From the IMG/VR virus record IMGVR_UViG_3300020112_001004, positions 32,001-96,000 of that record: a DNA stretch of 64,000 nucleotides, one strand, 5' to 3'. This DNA is from a virus (taxonomy: Duplodnaviria > Caudoviricetes). The position numbers and the translations under genes are program-made. The notes under the pieces are model-generated. The model was not told where the DNA came from. It made no database searches and saw only the letters and a program-made list of their open reading frames with translations. Within the stretch, counting starts at the first letter, position 1. The number at the start of each line of letters is the position of its first letter. Shown piece after piece: positions 1-9,519 of this stretch.

Positions 1-194
1 AATAACCGTAAGAGAAGATAGATTAAAGAAAGAAGATTTTATATAAAGAGAGTGAGGAGTAGTCAATGTTAAGTTTAATCAAGGTGAGTGCGCTTTTTAT
101 AACACTAATATTTCTTACGGTGATGAGTGCAGAATTAAAATAGCACTTACAATCATTAAGAGAAGAGGTTAAAGAAAGAAGATTTTATTTAGGA

Positions 195-224
195 GGGGAG
201 CTTTTAGCTCTCCTATTTGTTTTT
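195..224 (+). terminator. Probable intrinsic terminator
   Basis: GGGGAGCT-TTT-AGCTCTCC stem followed by a T-rich tract. Confidence 0.5.
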
Positions 225-381
225 AAATCAGAGATTGATAAGTGATAAACACTAAATATTAAAACAATCTACAAAGGAAAAACGGTCTAAAAATCAACGT
301 AAATACGTTAGTTGGATTTTGATAAAGAGTAATAAAAGCAATAAAGTTGATAACAATATAATATAAAAAGGAGGGATAAAA

Positions 382-816
382 ATGGAAGAACTGGAAAGAA
401 TGATGGACGATATAATGGGAATTGCGTTTGAGTTAGAATTCTATTATGACTTAATATTTTATATAGGTGCCATGTATAACGTAGTAAGAGATAAAGACAA
501 TATAGGAGCACCGAGAAAAGAAATAACTCAAGCCACAGAATGCTTGGTTCAATTTGCTAAGGACTTGTATAATGATGGGACTACCACCCAAGAACTTGGA
601 GAAGGGTTATTAGAAGCGTTTATAGAGAGAGGTATAGAATATACGATTGATTCCTGTAAGAATCAAAATTGTCATGTAATCAAAGAGTTATTTAGTATAG
701 TTAAAGACCAGAACTTAAAAGGTGAATATTATATTTTAATTGATTATTTTAGAGAATATTTTATTGATTATATTAAGTATAACGAACCAGATTTATACCT
801 AGAATTTATGTTATAG
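382..816 (+). CDS. Hypothetical protein, member of dispersed paralog family (C-terminal DLYLEFML)
   Basis: GGAGG RBS; shares FYIG, GIEYTI and C-terminal motifs with ORFs at 2149, 5975, 12575, 15081. Confidence 0.8.
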   Translation: MEELERMMDDIMGIAFELEFYYDLIFYIGAMYNVVRDKDNIGAPRKEITQATECLVQFAKDLYNDGTTTQELGEGLLEAFIERGIEYTIDSCKNQNCHVIKELFSIVKDQNLKGEYYILIDYFREYFIDYIKYNEPDLYLEFML

Positions 817-826
817 GAGGGATAAA

Positions 827-940
827 ATGGAAAAATTAGTGGTTTTTTTAGTTTCGTTCTTTGCTTCTGCTTTAATAGGGGGAGTGGTCGCAAAAATATT
901 AATGGGAATTTGGCTTTTCTTTGATAATAAAAGAGTGTAA
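827..940 (+). CDS. Small membrane peptide (37 aa)
   Basis: GGAGG RBS, ATG, hydrophobic MEKLVVFLVSFFASALIGGVVAKILMGIWLFFDNKRV. Confidence 0.6.
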   Translation: MEKLVVFLVSFFASALIGGVVAKILMGIWLFFDNKRV

Positions 941-1038
941 TTTCATTAAAAATTAACGAAATTACGATAAAAATTAATTGAGTAAAAATTAACCACTGGT
1001 GTGGTAATATGATATAAATTAATAATAAGGAGTCAGAT

Positions 1039-1923
1039 ATGGAATTTGATATGCAAGGGCTAAGACATCAATGGGTCGAGGAACTTAAAGGTAGAGTAGA
1101 AAAAATAAAAATGGAGTTAGGTATAACACCAACACTCGTAATATTATCTGCTAAAGACTATGATGAAGCGTCTAAATTATACGTAAATAATAAAATAAAA
1201 ATTTGTGAAGAAGTTGGAGCTAAGGGCGTTCAGTTAAAAATAGCGTGGAGGGATAAATCCAAAGAAGAGTTAGAACGAGAACTTGCTGGTCTTATAGATT
1301 GTTTAAACTCCGATGAGAACTGTCACGGTATAATATTACAACTACCTTTCCCTATTATATCCAAAGGATTCGCTGATAATTTGATAAAAGCAGAGAAGGA
1401 TGTTGACGTTTTTAGTGACCTAAATAAAGGAAAGATAATGAGTGGTAATTATTCTTTACTCCCAGCAACAGTTCTAGGGATTAAGAAGATTATAGATAGT
1501 CAGTTTAAAACATTAAGGGGACAGAATATTTGCGTAATTAACAGGTCGCAACTAATAGGGGTACCATTGGCTAACTTGTTGGTTAATGAAGGGGCGACAG
1601 TCAGCGTTTTGAACTCTTCAACCTATTGGTACAACAGAGATTTGTTAATGAAGACCTCAGACATAATTATTACAGCCACTGGAAATAGAGGAATATATAA
1701 TAGCAATGATATAGGTGATAATTGTAAATTAATAATAGATTGCAGTATGAAAAAGGTCGATAATATAAAGGGAGTCGGAGACTTCGTTAAGGAAGATATA
1801 TTAGTTAATAGAGAAGAGGTAGTAATTAGCTCTGGGTACGGTCAAACCGGAGTGGCTACGACTCTCGCTGTTGTAGATAATTTATTATCTTGCTGTGAAA
1901 ATAATTTAAAAAAGGAGTGTTAA
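1039..1923 (+). CDS. folD: Bifunctional methylenetetrahydrofolate dehydrogenase/cyclohydrolase
   Basis: YVNNKIKICEEVG, HGIILQLPFP, EKDVD, LPATVLGI, NRSQLIGVPLANLL..GATV motifs typical of FolD. Confidence 0.9.
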   Translation: MEFDMQGLRHQWVEELKGRVEKIKMELGITPTLVILSAKDYDEASKLYVNNKIKICEEVGAKGVQLKIAWRDKSKEELERELAGLIDCLNSDENCHGIILQLPFPIISKGFADNLIKAEKDVDVFSDLNKGKIMSGNYSLLPATVLGIKKIIDSQFKTLRGQNICVINRSQLIGVPLANLLVNEGATVSVLNSSTYWYNRDLLMKTSDIIITATGNRGIYNSNDIGDNCKLIIDCSMKKVDNIKGVGDFVKEDILVNREEVVISSGYGQTGVATTLAVVDNLLSCCENNLKKEC

Positions 1924-2031
1924 TATGAAGAAGATAGTTAATAAAATAAAAGAGATAGTTAAAACAATAGGTGAGATATACAAAAATAAAAGAAATAATA
2001 TTTAGGAGGTTAATACCTCCAGTACATAGTG

Positions 2032-2069
2032 GCAACAAGTTAGATAATTATGATAATAATATAATATAA
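2032..2069 (+). promoter_or_regulatory. Copy of bipartite motif GTAAC-N19-ATAATATAATATAA (putative phage early/middle promoter)
   Basis: Same spacing at 2032 (GCAAC variant), 5910, 8738, 10821, 13071, 14017, 18478, 20012, 22093, 22848, 25223, degenerate at 329; always upstream of an RBS. Confidence 0.7.
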
Positions 2070-2148
2070 GGAGGAGCAATCCCCCTAGTACATATTGAAC
2101 CATATGTCTACCCAAAGGTAGTTAAATAATAATTAGGAGTGTTATTAA

Positions 2149-2604
2149 ATGGAATTAGAAGAGATAAACAAGATAAAATTGGTAAAAAAAATAATAAAAT
2201 CTTCAAGGATAATAGAAGAAGAATTTGGTGGGGGTTATCTTTATAAAAATGATTTAATCAAACTAGGTGCTTTTGTGTCATATTTAATGGCAGACACCTA
2301 TAGTGGACTACTAAACTTATATATCAAAAATGATATAAAACAAATAAAAAGAATATATTTTGACGCAAGGACAATGTCGGATTTACTTGATTATACTGAC
2401 AGAACGACGAGGATATTTCTTAGGTCAAATTTAATAACCGGTATGGAATTTATATTCTTCTCAAAATGGGATGACATTATAACAAAGATGATAGAGTTTA
2501 CGAAGAAGAAAATTGAAGATAAAAATATAGGAGAAAAGGACATTTACTTTATAGAACTATTAAAACGTGAATGTGCACTGCATGGTTATGAAATAGATTT
2601 TTAA
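2149..2604 (+). CDS. Hypothetical protein, divergent member of the paralog family (lacks the terminal motif)
   Basis: DLIKLGAFVSY and TGMEFIF match the two internal family motifs. Confidence 0.7.
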   Translation: MELEEINKIKLVKKIIKSSRIIEEEFGGGYLYKNDLIKLGAFVSYLMADTYSGLLNLYIKNDIKQIKRIYFDARTMSDLLDYTDRTTRIFLRSNLITGMEFIFFSKWDDIITKMIEFTKKKIEDKNIGEKDIYFIELLKRECALHGYEIDF

Positions 2605-2626
2605 CTAATTTAAAAGGGGCGATATT

Positions 2627-3559
2627 ACGGGTAAAAGAATAAAATGGACTATAGAAAAGATTAAAGAAAAATGTGAAGAGCAAGGAGCAGAATGTTTAGA
2701 GGAGGAATATGTAAATAATGCCACTAAAATGAAATTTAAATGTGGGTGTGGGAATGAATATGTGGCAAGATGGAATGATGTTGTTGGTAAAAATCAATGG
2801 CAGTGTTCAGAATGTAGTGGCAATGCAAAATGGACTATAGAAAAGATTAAAGAAAAATGTAGAGAACATGACGTTGAGTGTTTGGAAGATAAATATGTAG
2901 ATAATAAAACCAAAATGAGATTTAAATGTAAATGTGGGAATGAGTATGAAGCAAAATGGAATAGTGTTATTGGTAGAAACCAATGGCAATGTCCAAAATG
3001 TAGTGGTAGAGCAAAATGGACTATAGGAGAGATTAAAAGAATATGTAAAGAACATGGAGTAGAATGTTTAGAAAAAGAATATGCAAATGCTAGAACTAAA
3101 ATGAGATTTAAATGTAAATGTGGAAACGAATATGTGACAAGTTGGGATAAAGTTACTAGACAAAATCAATGGCAGTGTTCAGAGTGTAATGGCAAAACCA
3201 GTAAAGGTGAAACAATAACCCGTGAATTTTTATCAAAGTTACTAAAAGATGAAAACCTATTTGAAGAACAAAAGACATTTGAAGATTTAGTCGATGAAAA
3301 ATTATTATCTTATGATTTCTTTATTCCAGAATTCAATATCTTAATTGAGATACAGGGTGTCCAACATTATAAACCAATAGAAATGTTTGGGGGAGAAAAA
3401 CAATTTAAAAAACAACAACACCATGATAAATTAAAAAGAGAATACGCAGAGCAAAATGAACTTATACTAATTGAGATACCTTGGAATTGTAATGGGATAG
3501 ATACCGAGGAAAAATTAATTGAAGAATTAAAAAATAAATTAAGTGGGCTTATTAAATAA
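2627..3559 (+). CDS. Free-standing putative homing endonuclease: CxC...CxxC zinc-ribbon repeats + Vsr/PD-(D/E)XK-like nuclease domain
   Basis: Three repeats KWTIE..C..C...Y....KM.FKC.CG..W....WQC..C; C-terminal YDFFIP..LIEIQGVQHY..D.LK; frame open upstream of ATG 2729 to ACG 2627, 7 nt after AAAAGGGG. Confidence 0.8.
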   Translation, partial: TGKRIKWTIEKIKEKCEEQGAECLEEEYVNNATKMKFKCGCGNEYVARWNDVVGKNQWQCSECSGNAKWTIEKIKEKCREHDVECLEDKYVDNKTKMRFKCKCGNEYEAKWNSVIGRNQWQCPKCSGRAKWTIGEIKRICKEHGVECLEKEYANARTKMRFKCKCGNEYVTSWDKVTRQNQWQCSECNGKTSKGETITREFLSKLLKDENLFEEQKTFEDLVDEKLLSYDFFIPEFNILIEIQGVQHYKPIEMFGGEKQFKKQQHHDKLKREYAEQNELILIEIPWNCNGIDTEEKLIEELKNKLSGLIK

Positions 3560-3641
3560 GGAGGTTTATGCCTCCAGTACATATTGAACTATATGTCTAC
3601 CATTAGGTAGTTAATAAATAATAATTAGGAGTGTGTTATTA

Positions 3642-5888
3642 ATGGGATATGAAGACAGAAAGTATACAGGGAAGAGTGCCACTTTGAAGGTGAATTTTTG
3701 TAGAAAACTTTATAATAATGGCAACTATTATGTAGCAAGTTTTTTTATTTTGGAGCTCCAACATGGGGAACTCTCTCTGCCATATGGCGAAGAAAATCTA
3801 GTAGCTAATGGGAAAATTACCTGCGATTTAGACAAGGATTATGAGTACATTCTAACAGTAAAAGAATATGAAGACCCAAAATATTCAACAAGTCACGAGA
3901 TTTGTAGTATAGTTCCAATAATTAAAGTAGATTCACTAGATGAACAGATTATCTTTTTAAGAAAAATACTAACCCAGACACAATTTAGTAATTACTATGA
4001 TGTATTTGGAGGTAGCGAGGATTTACTTAAACCCCTAAAAAAAGGCGATACGAAATCATTATTAAAGATAAAAGGAATAGGTCTGAATACAGTAGATAAA
4101 CTATTAAATAAATATGAGAATAATATAGCAAATGCTAATATTATTATTAAAATTGCTAAATATGGGCTAAGTGACTCAGAAATTTGTCTGATGATTAAAA
4201 GTGGATTCAATGAGACCGAAATAGTAAAAACAATGGAGCGTAATCCATATGAATTCATCTCAAAAGTTAAAGGGTTGGGGTTCAAAAAGATAGATGCTAT
4301 AGCCTTAAAAAATGGAATAAAAGAAGAAGATTTAAGGAGAATCAAAGGATTCATAACCTATGCGATAAATAAAAGAGTAGAGAATGGTAGTACTAAAATT
4401 GGTTTAGACGAACTCGAGCAAGAGTTGGATAATGAATTTGGTGTGGATTTTAATATTGATTTAGCTATTGAAGCTTTAAAAGATATGGAACAAAATGAGG
4501 ACTTATGGGTTAGTGCTGATAGAAGCGACATCACTACAACAGCTATTAGAGAAAGTGAAAGATATGTTGCTAAAAGATTAATTGATATTATGAGAGACGA
4601 AACTAAATTAGATTATGATTTGGGAAAGATAAAAGTAGCAGAGAAGAGTCAAGGCTTTGAATATTCAGAAGAACAAAGAGGGGCTATTAAACAGCTACTA
4701 GAGAACAAAATAAGCGTATTAACAGCCCTAGGGGGTTCTGGTAAAACAGCCGTAGTAAGAGGAGCGTTAGCTTGTCTTAAAGAAGGCTATGATATAAGGC
4801 TTATGGCTTTATCGGGAAAAGCTTCGTCAGTATTAGCAAATGCTTCTGGATTAGAAGCTAGTACAATTCACAAGTTTTTAATTGATAAAGTAAGAGAAAA
4901 TATTGTACCAGACGTTGTAGTTATAGATGAATGCTCGATGCCAGATATAGGTCTTACTTACAAGTTGTTACAACTCCTACCTAACACTGTGAAAATAATA
5001 TTTATTGGTGACCCAAACCAACTACCAGCAATAGGTGCCGGAAATCTATTGTTTGATATGTTAGAGAGTGGTGTTATTCCAACGATTAGATTAACAAGAA
5101 TTTATAGACAAGGATTAAGGTCTGGCATAGTGACAGAATCTAGAAAGATAACAGAAGATAAAAATATATTGGAAGACGGGTATGGCGTAACTGTAAAAGG
5201 TGAAGATAAGGATTTTATAATGGATATTTATAAAGAAAAAGAAGATAGTTTGGATAAGGTTATGGACTACTATAAGAAATTATTAAAAAAATATAAACCT
5301 AAAGATATAGTAGTGTTATCTTGTGTAAAAACAAGAGGCGAGGCTTGTACCTATAATATAAATAATAAAATCCAAGAGATATTGTTTAAACCAAATGAGA
5401 GACATATAGTTGTGGGCAAGAAGGATAGAGAGTTTAAAATTCATGTAAAAGATATAGTTATCAATGGGAAAAATAATCCTAAATGTGTTTGTGACGAAGG
5501 AACAGTTGGTATTTATAATGGAGAGGTTGGGACGGTAATTTCCATAGACGAAACAGAAAAGACTATTTGTGTTAATTTTGGTAAGGGAAGAGAATGTGTT
5601 TATATAAATCAAGAACAAATGGCTCATATAGAACTAGGGTATTCTTACACAATACATCGTAGCCAAGGAATAACAATCCCTGCTACCATAATGGTTTTAG
5701 ATAATACTATGATAATGATGGCGAATAAAAATTTAATATATACTGGTATAACTAGAGCAAAAGATATTTGTTATTTAGTAGGACAAAAAACAACATTGCA
5801 AAAAGGGTTAAGAACAAGTGGAATTGCAAAAAGAAAAACTTTCTTGAAAGAGTTTTTAGAGGAATACGGAACTAAATTAGAGGGTTAA
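3642..5888 (+). CDS. recD2: RecD2-like SF1B helicase
   Basis: Walker A ALGGSGKT, STIHK, VIDECSM, GDPNQLPAIGAG, IYRQ, TIHRSQG, YTGITRAK; N-terminal HhH (IKGIG). Confidence 0.9.
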   Translation: MGYEDRKYTGKSATLKVNFCRKLYNNGNYYVASFFILELQHGELSLPYGEENLVANGKITCDLDKDYEYILTVKEYEDPKYSTSHEICSIVPIIKVDSLDEQIIFLRKILTQTQFSNYYDVFGGSEDLLKPLKKGDTKSLLKIKGIGLNTVDKLLNKYENNIANANIIIKIAKYGLSDSEICLMIKSGFNETEIVKTMERNPYEFISKVKGLGFKKIDAIALKNGIKEEDLRRIKGFITYAINKRVENGSTKIGLDELEQELDNEFGVDFNIDLAIEALKDMEQNEDLWVSADRSDITTTAIRESERYVAKRLIDIMRDETKLDYDLGKIKVAEKSQGFEYSEEQRGAIKQLLENKISVLTALGGSGKTAVVRGALACLKEGYDIRLMALSGKASSVLANASGLEASTIHKFLIDKVRENIVPDVVVIDECSMPDIGLTYKLLQLLPNTVKIIFIGDPNQLPAIGAGNLLFDMLESGVIPTIRLTRIYRQGLRSGIVTESRKITEDKNILEDGYGVTVKGEDKDFIMDIYKEKEDSLDKVMDYYKKLLKKYKPKDIVVLSCVKTRGEACTYNINNKIQEILFKPNERHIVVGKKDREFKIHVKDIVINGKNNPKCVCDEGTVGIYNGEVGTVISIDETEKTICVNFGKGRECVYINQEQMAHIELGYSYTIHRSQGITIPATIMVLDNTMIMMANKNLIYTGITRAKDICYLVGQKTTLQKGLRTSGIAKRKTFLKEFLEEYGTKLEG

Positions 5889-5974
5889 TATCCCTCTTCT
5901 ACATAAACGGTAACGTTTTTGAGTATAATGACCATAATATAATATAAATAAAATAATTAATTGGGAGTGTAGGT

Positions 5975-6487
5975 ATGAATAATAATTTTGATAAAAAAGT
6001 AGTTGAAGTATTAGAAAAAGATATGGAAGGGTTTAAAAAACTAAACAGTCGTAGTGGGGTTCTTAATTATCCATTGTTTAATATATATAATTTATTTGAA
6101 TTGGGGACTTTATTATCATATGGGTTTAGCGCTATTTATCTTGAAGAATGTGAAACTGGTGGTTTTGAAACTTTAAAAGGTATTGACACTACGACTATAA
6201 CAGGAGAAGGCGATGGTAGAGGTTCTGTGTATACTCTTTTTGGTCAGCATAACATAGGGATGGGTCAAGGTTTGAGTTTAAAAAATTTTGAAGAGGCGTA
6301 TAGAATGATGACTATAGGGGTTGATTTTTTATTAAATTATGACTGTTTAACCGAGCCCTTGGTTGAACAAGTGCTTGAGACATCTTTGAACAAGTGGTAT
6401 GCAGATATGGTCAAGAATGAGTTAATTAAGAGATTCAAAAAAGATGTGAATAAATACGGAGATTATTTGCTAGAATTTATGCTATAG
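5975..6487 (+). CDS. Hypothetical protein, paralog family (C-terminal YGDYLLEFML)
   Basis: RBS; LFELGTLLSY, IGVDFLL and terminal motif. Confidence 0.8.
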   Translation: MNNNFDKKVVEVLEKDMEGFKKLNSRSGVLNYPLFNIYNLFELGTLLSYGFSAIYLEECETGGFETLKGIDTTTITGEGDGRGSVYTLFGQHNIGMGQGLSLKNFEEAYRMMTIGVDFLLNYDCLTEPLVEQVLETSLNKWYADMVKNELIKRFKKDVNKYGDYLLEFML

Positions 6488-6488
6488 C

Positions 6489-6553
6489 TGGGGTTAGACC
6501 CCAAGTACATATTTAATATGTACCCACTCTTAGAGGGGTTAATTTAAAAGGAG
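6489..6553 (+). repeat. Stem-loop/TACATA/stem-loop leader element (triple-hairpin subfamily)
   Basis: TGGGGT-TAG-ACCCCA ag TACATATTTAATATGTA CCCACTCTTAGAGGGG TTAATTTAAAAGGAG; the part from TACATA onward is near-identical in the copies at 9447, 11875, 14769. Confidence 0.85.
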
Positions 6554-6564
6554 AGATTATAGAT

Positions 6565-8694
6565 ATGGGACTTAAAGTTGTAAAGAGAGACGGAATACTA
6601 GTAGATTTTGACGCAAACAAGATTGTTGAGGCAATATCAAAAGCTTGTAGAGAGGTTGGAGAAGAGGAGGAATTACTTAAACAGATTTCAAGACATATAA
6701 GTAGGGAAATTGAAAAAATAGCTGAACAAAAAAGAAAAGCAATAAAAATAGAAGAGATACAAGATTTAGTAGTAAAAATGTTAAAAGACACTGGATTTAA
6801 TAAAGTTAGTAAAGTCTATCAAGAGTACAGAGAAAGAAGGACGGCGATTAGAGAGGCAAATAGCAATTTACTAAAGAGTGTTAGGGGTGTAATAGATGGT
6901 AGTAACGATGACGTATTAAAAGAAAATGCTAATAAAAATGGTTACGTGTCTAGTATACAAAGAGATTTGGTAGCCGGTGAAATATCAAGAGCTATAGCTA
7001 AAACAATGATACCCGAGGATATAATACAAGCCCATTATGAAGGGCTTATAAAAATCCATGATTTAGATTACTATATGTCACCAATTCATAATTGTGGATT
7101 AATAAATTTACAAAGTATGTATACTAACGGAACTGTTATAAATGGCGTAAAAATAGAAACGCCAAAAAGTTTAAGGACAGCAATGAATCTTGCTACCCAA
7201 ATAGTGTGTCAAGTCGCTAGTCAACAATATGGTGGTAACACTATAAGCTTGGGACATATGGCGCCTTTTGTAAGAGTAAGTAAGAATAAACTAATAAAAA
7301 AATATAACAAATACCACTTAGACCAAGACACAAGAGATAGATTAGTCAACGAAGAATTAAAAGGGGAAATTAAAGATAGCGTACAACTGTTTAATTACCA
7401 ACTTTTAACTCTTAATAGCACCAATGGTCAAAGCCCATTTACAACTCTTGTAATAGATATAAACGAGGACGTTGAGTACACAGAAGAGATAGTAATGTTA
7501 GCAGAGGAATTCTTAAAACAAAGAATACAAGGAATGCCTAATGACAAGGGCGTATTTATAACTCAAACATTCCCTAAGATAATATATATGTTGGATGAGA
7601 ATAATATATATGAAAATTCTAAATATTATTGGCTAACCAGACTATGTGCAGAGTGTACTGTTAAAAGAATGGTTCCAGACTATATGTCTGTTAAAATGTT
7701 GATGAAGCACGTTGGGGCTAAAATTCCTACGATGGGATGCAGAAGTGAACTAACACCTTTATGGGACGAGGAAGGAAACCTTTTAAGTTGGGGAAGAGGG
7801 AACGTAGGAGTAACCACTATTAATTTACCATACGTGGCTTTATTGAGTAAAGAAGAAAACAGAGATTTCTTTGAAGTGTTAGATGAGAAATTGGAGCTAT
7901 GCAAAAAAATGGGTTGCTTAAGATTTGACAAACTAAAAGGGGTAAAAGCAAGTATAAGCCCTATATTGTGGCAACATGGTGCATATTTAAGACTTCAACC
8001 AGACGAAGAGATTTTACCACATTTAAAGAAATTATTTACAGTATCTTTGGGCTATAGTGGACTATATGACTGCGTAAAAGTTTTAACAGGTGAGAGTCAT
8101 ACCGACGGTATTGGTAAAGCCCTAGGATTAACAATAATGGAACACCTAGATGATAAATGTAAACAATGGAAAGAAGAAACAGGGTATTTATTCGGAGTCT
8201 ATGGCACTCCTATGGAGTCTAGTACGGACTGGTTCTGTAAAGCTATCAAAAGGAGATTTGGAGAGGTCAAGGACGTAACAGATAAAGGATATATAGTTAA
8301 TAGCTACCATATAGACCCTAGAGAGGAGATAGACGCTTTCACTAAGTTAAGTGTCGAGGCTGAGTTCCAAAAACACAGTTTAGGTGGTTCAATATCTTAC
8401 GTAGAAACACCAGATATGACTAAAAATATTGAAGCTGTTTTAGATATAATGAGGCACATTTACGAAAACAACATCTATGGAGAGTTAAATATAGAATGTG
8501 ATTATTGTGCAGAATGTGGAAGTTTTATGGTGGCAAACCTAGACGAAAACCAACATTGGAGCTGTGGGAATTGTGGATGTGATGACTATGACAAACTAAA
8601 TATAATAAGAAGATGTTGTGGTTATATTGCAGATATGAAACACGCCAACGAGGGTAGACTAAACGACGTAAAGGCTAGAGTAAAGCATATTTAA
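6565..8694 (+). CDS. nrdD: Anaerobic (class III) ribonucleoside-triphosphate reductase with ATP cone
   Basis: VVKRDG ATP cone, IHDLDY, MGCR, C-terminal CxxC pairs and RRCCGY glycyl-radical motif. Confidence 0.95.
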   Translation: MGLKVVKRDGILVDFDANKIVEAISKACREVGEEEELLKQISRHISREIEKIAEQKRKAIKIEEIQDLVVKMLKDTGFNKVSKVYQEYRERRTAIREANSNLLKSVRGVIDGSNDDVLKENANKNGYVSSIQRDLVAGEISRAIAKTMIPEDIIQAHYEGLIKIHDLDYYMSPIHNCGLINLQSMYTNGTVINGVKIETPKSLRTAMNLATQIVCQVASQQYGGNTISLGHMAPFVRVSKNKLIKKYNKYHLDQDTRDRLVNEELKGEIKDSVQLFNYQLLTLNSTNGQSPFTTLVIDINEDVEYTEEIVMLAEEFLKQRIQGMPNDKGVFITQTFPKIIYMLDENNIYENSKYYWLTRLCAECTVKRMVPDYMSVKMLMKHVGAKIPTMGCRSELTPLWDEEGNLLSWGRGNVGVTTINLPYVALLSKEENRDFFEVLDEKLELCKKMGCLRFDKLKGVKASISPILWQHGAYLRLQPDEEILPHLKKLFTVSLGYSGLYDCVKVLTGESHTDGIGKALGLTIMEHLDDKCKQWKEETGYLFGVYGTPMESSTDWFCKAIKRRFGEVKDVTDKGYIVNSYHIDPREEIDAFTKLSVEAEFQKHSLGGSISYVETPDMTKNIEAVLDIMRHIYENNIYGELNIECDYCAECGSFMVANLDENQHWSCGNCGCDDYDKLNIIRRCCGYIADMKHANEGRLNDVKARVKHI

Positions 8695-8928
8695 ATATAA
8701 GGAGGATTAAATCCTCCACTACATAGTTACCTTTTAGGTAACAAATTAAAACAGCTTGTCTATAATATAAAGAAAATAATTTAAAAGGAGATTTATTATG
8801 GAAGTAAAACAAATAATCTGTTCTAAGGACTCTCATATAGCTAAACAAAAACAAAACAACCCAGACCACAAGTTTTCAAAAGAAATAAAAATAAAAAATA
8901 ATTAAACAATCTAAAAGGAGTGTTGTTA

Positions 8929-9447
8929 ATGAGAGTATCAAATATCCAATGGGTGGAGGCTACTAACTATTTAAATGTGGGTTGCACTATATTCTTTCAA
9001 GGTTGCTCATTATCCCCAAAATGTGAGAATTGTCACAATTATGAAATATGGAATCATAATGGTGGTCATGTGTTTACAGAAGAAGAACAGGATAAAGTTA
9101 TAGGGCATTGCAAAAAGCCTTTTATAAAAAGGCTTGTACTTTGTGGGGGTAATCCAAGTGACCAACTACATTCAGAATTAATAGCGTTTATAAAAAGATT
9201 TAAAAAAGAGGTTAACAAACCAGTAATAATCTTTGACGGATATACCTATGAGGAACTTCAAACAATGCCAGAGAGATTCGCAATAATAAGCGAGTGCGAT
9301 ATATTAATAGACGGTAGATTTGTTCAAGCATTATACGACCCTCGTGCTAGGTTCTTTGGTAGTCGAAACCAGAGAATAATAAACGTGCAAAAATCTCTAC
9401 GAGAAGAGAGAGTTGTTCTAGAAGATAATTTCCCTTGGTATATTTAG
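8929..9447 (+). CDS. nrdG: Anaerobic RNR activating radical-SAM protein
   Basis: FFQGC..C..CHN, GGNP, DILIDGRF, GSRNQR; next to nrdD. Confidence 0.9.
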   Translation: MRVSNIQWVEATNYLNVGCTIFFQGCSLSPKCENCHNYEIWNHNGGHVFTEEEQDKVIGHCKKPFIKRLVLCGGNPSDQLHSELIAFIKRFKKEVNKPVIIFDGYTYEELQTMPERFAIISECDILIDGRFVQALYDPRARFFGSRNQRIINVQKSLREERVVLEDNFPWYI

Positions 9448-9519
9448 GAGGATTAATTCCTCCAATACATATTTAATATGTACCCACTCTTTCGAGGGGT
9501 TAATTTAAGGAGTGTTTTT

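Noticed and set aside
6506-6522. Palindrome before nrdD as an NrdR box
   Set aside because: Poor match to the NrdR consensus and the same palindrome precedes the ligase and an unknown gene.
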